NCBI GenBank assembly: GCA_035702755.1
Contig: DASSZQ010000331.1
Location: 478 to 64,477 of the forward strand
Length of the DNA stretch: 64,000 bases
Origin: Solirubrobacteraceae bacterium
GTDB lineage: Bacteria > Actinomycetota > Thermoleophilia > Solirubrobacterales > Solirubrobacteraceae
Direction: 5' to 3'
Shown here in pieces: positions 8,597-17,964 of the stretch. Within the stretch, counting starts at the first letter, position 1. Every line of letters starts with the position of its first letter. Both the position numbers and the translations under genes were made by a program. The notes under the pieces were generated by a model that saw only the letters and a list, made by a program, of their open reading frames with translations, was not told where the DNA came from and ran no database searches.

Positions 8597-9574
8597 TCAG
8601 AGCTCGCCGCGCTGCAGCCGGTCGCGGAGATCGGCGATAAACAGCGCGGCGGGCTGCCCATCAAGCGCCCGGTGGTCGAACACCAGCGTCAGCGTCATCA
8701 TCGGCGCCACCGCCGGCGCGCCGTCGCGGGCGACGACCCGCTCGCAGAGGCGCCCGACGCCGAGGATGGCCACCTGCGGCGGGTTGAGGATGGGCGTGAA
8801 CCAGTCGACGCCCGCGCCGCCCAGCGTCGAGACGGTGAACGTGGCGTCCCGCAGCGCCGTCCCGGGCAGCGACCCACTGCGGGCCGCCGCGGCCAGCTCG
8901 GCCACCTCGGTGGCGAGCTCGACGATCGATCGGTGGTCGGCGTCGCGGATGACCGGGACGATCACCCCCTCCTCGAGGCTGACGGCGACGCCCAGGTTGA
9001 TCTCCTGAGCCAGCTCCACCACCTCGTCGGCGATCCGGGCGTTGAGCCGGGGGTGCCGGCGCAGCGTGAGCGCGACCGCGCGCAGGACCGCGGCTGTCGG
9101 CGAGAGGCGGGGCGCGGTCTCACCGGCCTCGGCGAGCGCTGCCAGCGCCGCCGTCATCTCCACCTCGGCGCCGATGGCGACGCGCGGCTCCTGCCAGGCG
9201 AGCGCCATCTCCCGGGCGACGGCGCCGCGCATTCCGGTCAGCGGCACCCGGCGCACCCGCGGCTCGGCGGGGCCGCCCGCCGGCGCCACCGGCGCCGCGG
9301 ACCCGCCCGCCGGCGGCGCACCCGCCGCCTCCTCCTCGATCCGGGCGAGCACCGCCCCGGCCGGGAAGCTGTCCCCGGGCGCCACCAGGATCTCGCCGAT
9401 GGTGCCGGCGCACGGTGCCGTGATCTGAAACGAGGTCTTGACGACGATCGCATCGGCGACCGGCTGTCCGGCGCTGACGCGGTCCTGCTCGGCGACGAGC
9501 CACGCCTCCAGCAGCCCCTCCGTCCCCTCGCCGGCCTGCGCAAACGGCTCCGCCGGCGCCGTGACCTCAATCAC
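8597..9574 (-). CDS. 2-oxoacid dehydrogenase E2 (dihydrolipoamide acyltransferase) with one lipoyl domain
   Basis: The GTG start overlaps the E1beta stop (GTGA). The lipoyl domain carries a lysine in AIVVKTSFQITAPCAGTIGEILV. The catalytic domain has FDHRALDGQPAALF (DHRxxDG motif). Confidence 0.85.
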   Translation of the reverse strand: MIEVTAPAEPFAQAGEGTEGLLEAWLVAEQDRVSAGQPVADAIVVKTSFQITAPCAGTIGEILVAPGDSFPAGAVLARIEEEAAGAPPAGGSAAPVAPAGGPAEPRVRRVPLTGMRGAVAREMALAWQEPRVAIGAEVEMTAALAALAEAGETAPRLSPTAAVLRAVALTLRRHPRLNARIADEVVELAQEINLGVAVSLEEGVIVPVIRDADHRSIVELATEVAELAAAARSGSLPGTALRDATFTVSTLGGAGVDWFTPILNPPQVAILGVGRLCERVVARDGAPAVAPMMTLTLVFDHRALDGQPAALFIADLRDRLQRGEL

Positions 9575-10602
9575 GACCGGGCGGTCACCATTTCCCGCGC
9601 CGCGGCGGCGATGCCGTCGACCTGCGGGATCACGTGCCTTTCCAGCGGCCGGCTGTAGGGAATGGGGACGTCCGGCACCGCCAGTCGCCGCACCGGGCTC
9701 TTGAGCCGGAGCGTGTCGAGCCGCTCGGCGACGATCGCGCACAGCTCGCCGCTGAGGCCGAAGCTGAGGTAGTCCTCGTCGGCGATCAGCAGCCGCCCGG
9801 TCTTGGCCACCGAGGCGGCCACCGCCTCGCGGTCAAGCGGCACGAGCGTGCGCAGGTCGATGACCTCGGCGCTGATGCCGTCGCCCTCCAGTTGCTCGGC
9901 GGCGAGCAGCGCCTTCTGCACCATCTGGCTGATCGTCACGATGGTGACGTCTGAGCCCTCGCGGGCGACCGCGGCCCGGCCGAACTCAATCGTGTACGCC
10001 TCGTCTGGCACCGCGGTGGTCGAGCCCTCAAAGTAGGACATCCACGGCAGCCCCATGATCCCCTTGTGGAAGAAGAACATCACCGGGTTGTCGTCGCGGA
10101 TCGCCTGGGTCATCAGCCCCTTGGCGTCATAGGCGTTGGAGGGCACCACCACCTTGAGCCCGGGGACGTGCGCGAACGTCGCGTACAGACACTGCGAGTG
10201 CTGGGCGGCATCGCTGTAGCCCCCGCCGATTGCCGTGGTGATGACGACGGGAAGCCGCACGTTGCCGTCTGACATGTACGTGTTCTTGGCCAGGTGGTTG
10301 TAGATCTGGTCCATGGCCACGCCGAAGAAGTCGACGAACATCAGCTCGGCGATCGGCCGCAGGCCCTGGGCGGCGGCGCCGGTCGCGGCGCCGATGAAGC
10401 CCGCCTCGGAGATCGGCGTGTCCATGACCCGGTCCGGTCCGAAGCGCTCCAGCAGCCCGCCGGTGGCGCCGAAGATGCCGCCGTAGCTGCCGATGTCCTC
10501 CCCCATCACAAACACGCGCTCGTCGCGCTCCATCTCCTGACCGATCGCCTCCGAGATCGCCTGGGCCATCGTCAGAGTGCGTTCCTGGGTGGCAACCGCC
10601 AT
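9571..10602 (-). CDS. 2-oxoacid dehydrogenase E1 component beta subunit
   Basis: 343 aa. LTMAQAISEAIGQEMERDERVFVMGEDIGSYGGIFGATGGLLERFGPDRVMDTPISEAGFIG is a canonical transketolase-like E1beta. Confidence 0.9.
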   Translation of the reverse strand: MAVATQERTLTMAQAISEAIGQEMERDERVFVMGEDIGSYGGIFGATGGLLERFGPDRVMDTPISEAGFIGAATGAAAQGLRPIAELMFVDFFGVAMDQIYNHLAKNTYMSDGNVRLPVVITTAIGGGYSDAAQHSQCLYATFAHVPGLKVVVPSNAYDAKGLMTQAIRDDNPVMFFFHKGIMGLPWMSYFEGSTTAVPDEAYTIEFGRAAVAREGSDVTIVTISQMVQKALLAAEQLEGDGISAEVIDLRTLVPLDREAVAASVAKTGRLLIADEDYLSFGLSGELCAIVAERLDTLRLKSPVRRLAVPDVPIPYSRPLERHVIPQVDGIAAAAREMVTARS

Positions 10603-10625
10603 GGTCTCTCTCCTCTCAAAATCCT

Positions 10626-11633
10626 CTAGACGAAGACGTGCTGAAGCGCCTCGGCCGGATCCGGCAGCGGGCTCTCCCGGGCAAAGTCATAGGCGGCGGT
10701 CACCCGCTGGGCGGCCCGCTCCTTGATCTCCGCATCGCGAGCGTCGTCGAGCATCCCCTGCTCGCGCATCTGCCCGGCGAGCTTGGGGATGGGGTCATGG
10801 CCGCGCAGCTCGTCGGCCTCCCCCTTGGGCCGGTAGACCTCGGCGTCGCCCTGGAAGTGACCGAGATAGCGGTCGGTCTGCACCTCGATGAGGGTCGGTC
10901 CCTCGCCCCGCCGCGCCCGGGCGATCGCCTCGCCGGCGGCCTCAAACACCTCGACGGCGTCGTTGTGCTCCACCGAGACACCCGGCATCCCGTAGGCGAC
11001 GGCCCGGTCGGCGTTGGACGCGACCGCCGTCGACTTGGACTTCGGCACCGAGATCGCCCACCGGTTGTCCTCGCAGATGAACACCACCGGCAACTGCCAC
11101 AGTCCGGCGAGGTTCAGCGCCTCGTGGAATGTCCCCTGGTTGGCGGCGCCCTCGCCGAAGAACGCGACCGCCACCGCATCGCGGCCGAGCTTCTTGTAGG
11201 CGAGCGCGGCGCCGGTTGCCGGCGGCAGGCTCGCCCCCTCGATGCCGCTGCAGCTGAAGTTGTGCTCCGGGTCAAAGATGTGCATGTGGCCGCCCTTGCC
11301 GCGGCTCAGCCCGGTGGTCTTGCCGAACAGCTCGGCCGCCATCCGGTCCAGGGGCACCCCCTTGGCGATGGCGAAGTGATGGGGGCGGTGCGTGCCGACG
11401 ACGGTGTCCTCGGTGCGCAGGTGCGCGCAGACGCCGACGGCCACCGGCTCCTGCCCGGCCGCCAGGTGCATCTCGCCCGGCACCGGACCGCCGGCGATGT
11501 CAAACGCCAGTCCGTGCTGGATCGACGGAGGGAGCTTGCCCTCGAGGTAGACGTTGACCATCCGCTCCTCAAAGTCGCGGATGACGAGCATCGTCTCGTA
11601 CATCCACTCAAGCTGCTGCGGGGTGGGGTCCAC
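10626..11633 (-). CDS. 2-oxoacid dehydrogenase E1 component alpha subunit (TPP-dependent)
   Basis: 335 aa. The TPP-binding region is AVAFFGEGAANQGTFHEALNLAGLWQLPVVFICEDNRWAIS. Substrate specificity (pyruvate, acetoin or branched-chain) cannot be assigned by eye. Confidence 0.9.
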   Translation of the reverse strand: MDPTPQQLEWMYETMLVIRDFEERMVNVYLEGKLPPSIQHGLAFDIAGGPVPGEMHLAAGQEPVAVGVCAHLRTEDTVVGTHRPHHFAIAKGVPLDRMAAELFGKTTGLSRGKGGHMHIFDPEHNFSCSGIEGASLPPATGAALAYKKLGRDAVAVAFFGEGAANQGTFHEALNLAGLWQLPVVFICEDNRWAISVPKSKSTAVASNADRAVAYGMPGVSVEHNDAVEVFEAAGEAIARARRGEGPTLIEVQTDRYLGHFQGDAEVYRPKGEADELRGHDPIPKLAGQMREQGMLDDARDAEIKERAAQRVTAAYDFARESPLPDPAEALQHVFV

Positions 11634-11736
11634 GGCGCGATCCTCTCCCTTCCGGGCCCCGGTAGGCCCATCGCGGTGACTGGGCTGAGTCTATGGCCGG
11701 CGTCTGCCCCCGTCCAGACGTGCGGACTGCGGATCG

Positions 11737-12531
11737 TCAGCCGGCGTCCGGAAGGTGACGCTCACGGAGGCGGCCCGCCGCGGCGTGCTCCTCCGCGCTC
11801 AGCGCCGCCGGGTGCAGCCGGAGGCGCTCGGCGTACTCGTCGAGCAGGACGCGCTCAACGTCGGCGACGCGCACGCCGGGTTTCTCGGCGGCGACCGAGC
11901 CGGTCGTCGCCGGCTCCCACTCCAGGTGCAGGGCGGCGTACACCTCCTCCAGGACCGGGCGCAGCGCCTCCGCTGAGTCGACGACGACGACGGTCGCGAA
12001 CAGCCAGCCGCCGCGGATGATCCGCTGGGCGGCGCCGATCAGCTTGCGCTCTCCGCGGGCGTTGACGCTGAACTCGCCGGGGCAGTACTCACCCGGCACC
12101 TCGCCGACCCGGGCGTCGACCCCCAGGCGCCGGAGCGCCCGGGCCTGCCGCTCGGCACCGGCGGCGAAGCGCGGACGGATCTCGGCGACGGCGTCGGCCG
12201 CCGGCATGATCTCGTCAAGCACCAGGCAGCCCTCGTCATAGGCGGCGGCCCGGCCGCCGGCGGCCCGGATGACGGGGGCAAACCCGCGCCGCCGGGCCGC
12301 GGCGATCGCGCGGGAAAACCCGGGCAGGAACGTGTCGCGGCGGGAGAAGGCGACGGTCGGCAGCGGCCGGTAGCAGCGGATCACCGGTGCGCGCCGCCCG
12401 GCGGCGACCAGTTCCAGAAGCGCCGAGGCGACAGCGAGTTCCAGCGCCGGGTCCTCGCCGGCCCGCCCGGTCAGGAGGTCGACATCGGCGAGGGCCACAG
12501 CGGCAAGCTTCGCAGGCCGCGGCCTCACCAC
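11737..12531 (-). CDS. Lipoate-protein ligase family protein (LplA catalytic domain only)
   Basis: 264 aa. GEYCPGEFSVNARGERKLIGAAQR matches the BPL/LPL catalytic-domain lysine region. It lies immediately upstream of the E1/E2 genes. Confidence 0.75.
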   Translation of the reverse strand: MVRPRPAKLAAVALADVDLLTGRAGEDPALELAVASALLELVAAGRRAPVIRCYRPLPTVAFSRRDTFLPGFSRAIAAARRRGFAPVIRAAGGRAAAYDEGCLVLDEIMPAADAVAEIRPRFAAGAERQARALRRLGVDARVGEVPGEYCPGEFSVNARGERKLIGAAQRIIRGGWLFATVVVVDSAEALRPVLEEVYAALHLEWEPATTGSVAAEKPGVRVADVERVLLDEYAERLRLHPAALSAEEHAAAGRLRERHLPDAG

Positions 12532-13403
12532 CAGGCCTCGTGCTCCTCCATGACCCCCAGACCGGTGGCAAGCTCAGGACCCCCCGGGAGCTGCCCGGCA
12601 AAGGTGCCGAACGGTGCGCGGTAGATGCTGCGCACGGCGATGAGGTTCTCCGTGCGCGCGCGCACCGCCTCGGCGGTGAACCGCAGTCCGTCGACCGCCG
12701 AGAGGTCGGCGGCGACGCTCACCGGCCCCACCTCCCGGGGCTCGCCGTCGATCCAGACCGTCCGCTCGCTGCCCTGCGCCGGGTCGTTGACGCCGCTGAC
12801 GAGGTTCCAGGCGACATCGCGCCCGTCGGCGGCGGTCCCCACGCCTGCGCTCCAGCGCCAGGCGGTGTGGCGGGCGTAGTAGGCGCCGGTGTCGTCGACG
12901 ATCGCCCGGCCGTGCACGGCGATCTCGACGCCGTCGAGGCGCACGTGCCCGGCGGCGTGGATCCCGCCCTGCTTGCGCGTCCAGGCGTAGGCAGCGCCGG
13001 TGCGGCACACGGTCTCGATCCCGGCCGTCTCGGCCAGGTCAAGGTCAATCGTCACCGAGCCGTCGCGCACGGCCACGCGCCCGGGCTCCAGCCGCACCCC
13101 GCCGCGGCCCCGCACCGTCCGCTCCCATAGCCGGCCGCGCCGGCGGTCCCACACCGCCCAGAACGCCTGGCGCGCCGGACCGACCCGCACCGAGGCCGCG
13201 CACAGCATCAGCTCCTCGGCAAACACGCCGACATAGCGCCACGCCTTGAGCGGCCGGAGCCCGTGGCGGGCGGGCATCGGCGCCGGGGGCAGCGCCAGCG
13301 CGGACAGCACCGCCGGGCGCGCCGCACCGAACGCGCCGCGGTGGGGCAGGGCGCTCAGCGCGGCCACGGTGGGGTCTGCGCCGGGTCTCACCGCCGGCAG
13401 CAT
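12525..13403 (-). CDS. Conserved hypothetical protein (possibly DUF2804-like, not verifiable here)
   Basis: 292 aa, GC3-rich. Its stop overlaps the ligase start by 7 nt. I see no motif I can assign with certainty. Confidence 0.55.
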   Translation of the reverse strand: MLPAVRPGADPTVAALSALPHRGAFGAARPAVLSALALPPAPMPARHGLRPLKAWRYVGVFAEELMLCAASVRVGPARQAFWAVWDRRRGRLWERTVRGRGGVRLEPGRVAVRDGSVTIDLDLAETAGIETVCRTGAAYAWTRKQGGIHAAGHVRLDGVEIAVHGRAIVDDTGAYYARHTAWRWSAGVGTAADGRDVAWNLVSGVNDPAQGSERTVWIDGEPREVGPVSVAADLSAVDGLRFTAEAVRARTENLIAVRSIYRAPFGTFAGQLPGGPELATGLGVMEEHEAWW

Positions 13404-13486
13404 GGCACGCGCACCGGGAGGGGCCGAGGCCCGATTGCGGTAATGCCCGGATGGCCGCCGGGGGCAATCCCGCCACCGTCCCTCGT

Positions 13487-15094
13487 ATGACCGCCACCCG
13501 GCGCCTGGGCGCGACGCAGATCGTCCTCGTCACCCTGGCCGCCGGTCAGTTCGTGATGGCGCTGGACACGACGGTCATGAACACGGCGATCGCCACCGTC
13601 GCCAAGGACGTCGGCACCACGGTCACCGGGGTGCAGACGGCGATCACGCTCTACGCGCTGGTGATGGCGTCGCTGATGATCACCGGCGGCAAGCTCGGCG
13701 AGATCCTCGGCCGCAAGCGGGCGTTCGCGATCGGCTCCGTCGTCTATGCGTGCGGGTCGCTGACGACCTCGCTGGCGCCGAACCTGACCGTGCTCATGAT
13801 CGGCTGGTCGTTGTTGGAGGGCCTGGGCGCGGTGCTGATCATGCCGGCGATCGTCGCCCTCGTCGCCGCCAACTTCGCCAGGTCCGAGCGGCCGCGCGCA
13901 TACGGGCTCGTCGCCGCCGCCGGCGCCGTCGCCGCCGCGCTCGGCCCGCTCGTCGGCGGAGCGTTCACCACCTATGCGTCGTGGCGGTGGGTGTTCGCCG
14001 GCGAGGTGATCATCGTGCTCGTCATCCTTACCCTGACCCGGCGCATGAACGACACCCCGCCGGAGGGCGGCACCCGGCTTGATCTGGTCGGCACCGCGCT
14101 GTCGGCGGTGGGGCTTGCCTCCATCGTCCTCGGAGTCCTGAAGTCCGGGACGTGGGGGTTCATCCGGGCCAAGCCGGACGCGCCCCAGTGGCTGGGCCTC
14201 TCCCCGGTCATCTGGCTGGTCTTTGCCGGCGGTGTCGTGCTCGGCCTGTTTGTGTGGTGGGAGAGCCGGCGGATCCGCCGCGGCGAGGGCGCGCTCATCG
14301 AGCCCGGGCTGCTGCGCAACCTGCAGCTGCGCAACGGCGTCCTGTCGTTCATGTTCATGTTCCTCGTCCAGGCGGGGACGTTCTTCACCATCCCGCTGTT
14401 TCTCTCGGTCGCGCTCGGGATGTCGGCGATGGCCACGGGCGTGCGGCTGCTGCCGCTCTCACTGTCCCTGCTCCTGTTCGCCGCCGGCATCCCGCGGCTG
14501 CTGCCCCACGTCTCGCCGCGGCGCGTCGTGCGCCTGGGGTTCATCGCGCTGTTCGCCGGGCTCGTGCTGCTCGTCGCCCTGCTTGAGGTGGGCGCCGGCG
14601 CCGGCATCGTCACCGGGCCGCTGCTGCTCGCCGGCGCCGGGTTGGGGGCGCTGGCCTCCCAGCTGGGCGCAGTGACAGTCTCGGCGGTCCCGGACGAGCG
14701 CAGCGGTGAGGTCGGTGGGCTCCAGAACACCGGCACCCAGCTGGGTTCCTCGATCGGCACCGCGCTCGCCGGCGCCGTTCTCATCTCCGCGCTGACGGCC
14801 TCCTTCCTCACCGGCATCGCCAACAACCCGGCGGTTCCTCAGTCCGTTGTCTCTCAGGCGCACACGCAGATGGCCAGCGGCGTGCCGTTCATCTCCGATG
14901 CCGACCTCTCGGCGGCGCTGAATCAGGCGAATGTCCCCCCGGCGACGGCCGACGAGATCGTCAAGGTCAACGAGGCCAGCCGGATCGACGGACTGCGCTC
15001 AGCCGCATCGGTGCTCGCCCTGCTCGCGCTCGTCGCGCTGCCCTTCACGCGGGGCATCCCCACGGTGCAGCCGGGCGCCGAGAACGGATCCTGA
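13487..15094 (+). CDS. MFS transporter, DHA2 (EmrB/QacA-like, 14-TMS) family
   Basis: From ATG 13487 it reads MTATRRLGATQIVLVTLAAGQFVMALDTTVMNTAIATVAKDV, a typical DHA2 N-terminus. The length of about 535 aa with many helices is consistent. Confidence 0.85.
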   Translation: MTATRRLGATQIVLVTLAAGQFVMALDTTVMNTAIATVAKDVGTTVTGVQTAITLYALVMASLMITGGKLGEILGRKRAFAIGSVVYACGSLTTSLAPNLTVLMIGWSLLEGLGAVLIMPAIVALVAANFARSERPRAYGLVAAAGAVAAALGPLVGGAFTTYASWRWVFAGEVIIVLVILTLTRRMNDTPPEGGTRLDLVGTALSAVGLASIVLGVLKSGTWGFIRAKPDAPQWLGLSPVIWLVFAGGVVLGLFVWWESRRIRRGEGALIEPGLLRNLQLRNGVLSFMFMFLVQAGTFFTIPLFLSVALGMSAMATGVRLLPLSLSLLLFAAGIPRLLPHVSPRRVVRLGFIALFAGLVLLVALLEVGAGAGIVTGPLLLAGAGLGALASQLGAVTVSAVPDERSGEVGGLQNTGTQLGSSIGTALAGAVLISALTASFLTGIANNPAVPQSVVSQAHTQMASGVPFISDADLSAALNQANVPPATADEIVKVNEASRIDGLRSAASVLALLALVALPFTRGIPTVQPGAENGS

Positions 15095-15223
15095 GCGCAG
15101 ACAGCTCCCGCCGCCGCCGGGTCACCCCGCCGGGCTGTGTCCCAGCACCTCCGCGACCTAGACTGAAAAAACGTCCCGCGGCCTGGGGTCACGGGCCGGA
15201 GGCACAGAGGAGAGGAGTCGTTC

Positions 15224-15544
15224 ATGCCCGTGATCAGAGCCCACACGCGCACCGACGCCAGCGTCAGAGGCGCCGATTACGGCGCCTCGATCTCGCTGAT
15301 CCTCGACGAGAGCGAGCCGGGGCAGGGCCCGCGGCTGCACCGCCACCCGTACGACGAGACGTGGGTCGTGCAGGAGGGGCATCTCACCTTCCAGTACGGC
15401 GAGGAGCGCCTGCAGCTCGGTGCCGGTGACATCGTCATCGTCCCGCCGGGCGTTCCCCACAAGTTCACCAACGACGGGCCCGGGCGCTCGAAGCTGGTGT
15501 GCATCCATGCCAGTCCCACGTTCATCGGCGAATGGCTGGAGTGA
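15224..15544 (+). CDS. Cupin domain protein
   Basis: 106 aa. The two cupin motifs are GPRLHRHPYDETWVVQEGH and GDIVIVPPGVPHKFTN. Confidence 0.75.
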   Translation: MPVIRAHTRTDASVRGADYGASISLILDESEPGQGPRLHRHPYDETWVVQEGHLTFQYGEERLQLGAGDIVIVPPGVPHKFTNDGPGRSKLVCIHASPTFIGEWLE

Positions 15545-15665
15545 GGTGAGGCGCGCCTGGGTCGCGTTCGCCACCGCCCTCAGCGCGGAGATCGCCCGGC
15601 GCAACTGAGCGGCGGGCGCTGTGCCCGGAGCGGCCGGGGCCGTCGACGCCCCCGCGACCCGGAGA

Positions 15666-16217
15666 TCAGTCGGCGAGGTCGCTCGGCAGCAGCGAGAAGA
15701 AGACCGCGTCACAACGCCGGCCGTCGATCACGCCGTAGGAGCGAAGGACACCTTCGCGGATAAAGCCCGCCGCCTCGGCCACCCGCAGCGATGGTTCGTT
15801 GTCCGGCTCGATCCACAGCTGGAGGCGGGCCCAGCCGAGGGATTGCAGGGCCCACGTGGCGGCCAGGCGCAGTCCGCGCCTGGCGTACCCGTGGCCGCGA
15901 TGCGGCGAGAGCAGCCAATAGCCGATGTCACCGCTGTCAGGGTCGTGGTTCTCAAGGAACACCGCGCCCACGGCTGCCTGCTGGTGCGGGGCGATCGTCA
16001 GCGCCCCACCCCGGCCGGCCTGCAACAGCCGGATGAAATGCTGGATCTGATCGTCGACCGCGCTCGTCTGGGTGCCAAAGCGATGGGCGATGGTGGGATC
16101 GGCCCGGGCCTTCGCAAACAGTGCCCGGTCCTGCGGTGTCAAGGGACGGATCGTCACCGCGTCATCGCTGAGGGGAAGGCCGCGGGCGGGCTGCTGGACG
16201 TCGGACATCGCGTTCAA
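15666..16217 (-). CDS. GNAT family N-acetyltransferase (RimJ/RimL-like)
   Basis: 183 aa. The acetyl-CoA binding region is GYWLLSPHRGHGYARRGLRLAATWAL, followed by REGVLRSY, which is typical of this GNAT subgroup. Confidence 0.8.
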   Translation of the reverse strand: MNAMSDVQQPARGLPLSDDAVTIRPLTPQDRALFAKARADPTIAHRFGTQTSAVDDQIQHFIRLLQAGRGGALTIAPHQQAAVGAVFLENHDPDSGDIGYWLLSPHRGHGYARRGLRLAATWALQSLGWARLQLWIEPDNEPSLRVAEAAGFIREGVLRSYGVIDGRRCDAVFFSLLPSDLAD

Positions 16218-16357
16218 CGATTATCCCGGCGTGTCCGCGCGCCGGCGCTCAGCCGGCACCGCAGGCACGGCGGCGGGTGCGTAGCCTCAGCGTGCCGGGC
16301 GGGGCGACCATGAGGCGACCCGCGGTGTTGCAGTCCGGGTCACGGATCGGAGGGTGC

Positions 16358-16717
16358 ATGCAGGACAAGATCAATCTGGCGGCAAAGCTCGCGCTCCTGG
16401 ACGCGCCATATCGGCCGGGCGTCGTCGGCTTCGTCAACGACTACAAGCTTCAGGTCGTCAAGATCAAGGGGCCGTTCGTCTGGCACAAGCACGACGAGAC
16501 CGACGACTTCTTCCTGGTCATCAGCGGCCACCTCACAATCCACCTCCGCGACCGCGACATCGAGCTCGATCCGGGCGAGCTCTTCGTCGTCCCCCGCGGG
16601 GTCGAGCACTGCCCGGACGCCGCCGAGGAGACCGAGGTGCTCCTGATCGAACCGGACGGCACCCCCAACACCGGAGACGCAGGCGGCTCGATGACCGCTG
16701 AGCCGCGCATGCTCTAG
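16358..16717 (+). CDS. Cupin domain protein
   Basis: ATG 16358 is preceded by GGAGGG. WHKHDETDDFFLVISGHLTIHLRD...FVVPRGVEHCP is a cupin fold signature. Confidence 0.75.
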   Translation: MQDKINLAAKLALLDAPYRPGVVGFVNDYKLQVVKIKGPFVWHKHDETDDFFLVISGHLTIHLRDRDIELDPGELFVVPRGVEHCPDAAEETEVLLIEPDGTPNTGDAGGSMTAEPRML

Positions 16718-16782
16718 CCATCCGGGGGCGGGTGCGCGGCATGGCTCCGTTGGTGGCGCGGGGCCCGGGCCGGGGGCAGGCT

Positions 16783-16910
16783 CCGAGCGGTCAACTCTGT
16801 TCGAAATGCGGACCGGGACCTGACGGTCTGGAACGAACCCGCCGCCATACCGCACTCACCGACGACATCGCACGGCGCGATCTCGATCTCGCACAAAACC
16901 GCTGCTCCGC
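16783..16910 (+). repeat. Dispersed TIR-bearing intergenic element, copy 2 (most diverged)
   Basis: The 106-nt core (16800-16905) starts TTCGAAATGCGGACCGG and ends GATCTCGCACAAAACCGCTGC, compared with GAATTTCGCACAAGCCGGCTGC in the 31947-32068 copy. The offset-25 box is degenerate (CGGTCTG). Confidence 0.6.
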
Positions 16911-16935
16911 ACCCTCCCCGGCGATGGACGTCAGT

Positions 16936-17820
16936 TCATCCGGCGCTGCGCCGGCGCACCTGCACGACACCGTCCTCGCGCCTGGTGTCAAACGCGGGCT
17001 GCGGCGCGGTGGCCGGACCCCGGAGGACCGACCCGTCCCGCAGATCAAACCGCGAGAAGTGACAGCCGCAGACGATCTCATGGCCCTCCACCTGGCCTTC
17101 GGAGAGGGGACAGCCCCGGTGCGAGCATCGATCATGGATGGCGTAGATCCCCTCGCCATGGTCGAGCAGCAGCACCGGCGTGTCGTCGACGATGACGCGG
17201 AGCGGCCGCCCGGGAACAAGCTGCGACGCGTCGGCGGCGGGACGCCATTCCTCAGGACCCGGATCGAACACTGTCTGATCCGGGCCGATCCCGCGCCGCA
17301 GCGACAGGTGGCCACCGAGGTAGCCACCGAGCATCAGCACACCGGCGCCCACGCCTGAGAGCAGCCGGCCGCGACCGTGCGCACCACGGCGACGCGCGAC
17401 CAGTGAGGAGACATACAGCGTCAGCGCGACGGCGTTCCCGCCGGCGTGGACCATCCCCACCCGCTTGACGCGCGTGTCGGACTCGCCGTCGATCCAATCG
17501 CTCGCTCCGGCCGCCGCCGTGGGGGCATATGCGGCGATGCCGAGCATGATCAGCCGCTCGCTGGCCGCCGATCCCTCCCCGGGATTGACCAGGTCCAGGG
17601 CCGCCGCGCTCACGAACGAGCCGATGACAACGTCGGTGAGCGCCGGGTGCAGGGCATGACCCAGCCAGGTCCCGCTCAGCGCATCTTTCACCTTTCCGGG
17701 CGACAGCGCGCCGCGCACCGCGCGCGCCAGCAGGGTCGCCGGCTTGTCGACCGCCGATGCCGACTCAATGGCGCGGACCAGCGGCTCCAACGGGGACATA
17801 TCACGTCGTTCAGGGCTCAT
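16936..17820 (-). CDS. Membrane-anchored Rieske [2Fe-2S] protein (DUF2231-like N-terminal membrane domain fused to a Rieske domain)
   Basis: 294 aa. The N-terminal half has several hydrophobic helices. The C-terminal half has CSHRGCPLSEG...CGCHFSRFDLRDG (CxH...CxxH Rieske ligands). Confidence 0.8.
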   Translation of the reverse strand: MSPERRDMSPLEPLVRAIESASAVDKPATLLARAVRGALSPGKVKDALSGTWLGHALHPALTDVVIGSFVSAAALDLVNPGEGSAASERLIMLGIAAYAPTAAAGASDWIDGESDTRVKRVGMVHAGGNAVALTLYVSSLVARRRGAHGRGRLLSGVGAGVLMLGGYLGGHLSLRRGIGPDQTVFDPGPEEWRPAADASQLVPGRPLRVIVDDTPVLLLDHGEGIYAIHDRCSHRGCPLSEGQVEGHEIVCGCHFSRFDLRDGSVLRGPATAPQPAFDTRREDGVVQVRRRSAG

Positions 17821-17964
17821 GGCCTTCTTTCGTACCCGGTGACGAACACCCTAAGCCCCGGCCGGGACCCGTGGGGCCTCACCACGCGCGGGCCTGCCGC
17901 CCCCGCGTCTGTGATATCTGAGACCGCCAGCAGCAACATCATCAACCCCGGAGAGGAGGAACCG

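Noticed and set aside
10638-12020. 460-aa plus-strand ORF over the E1alpha / ligase region
   Set aside because: It is antisense to two well-supported genes and crosses their intergenic gap. It is a shadow ORF.
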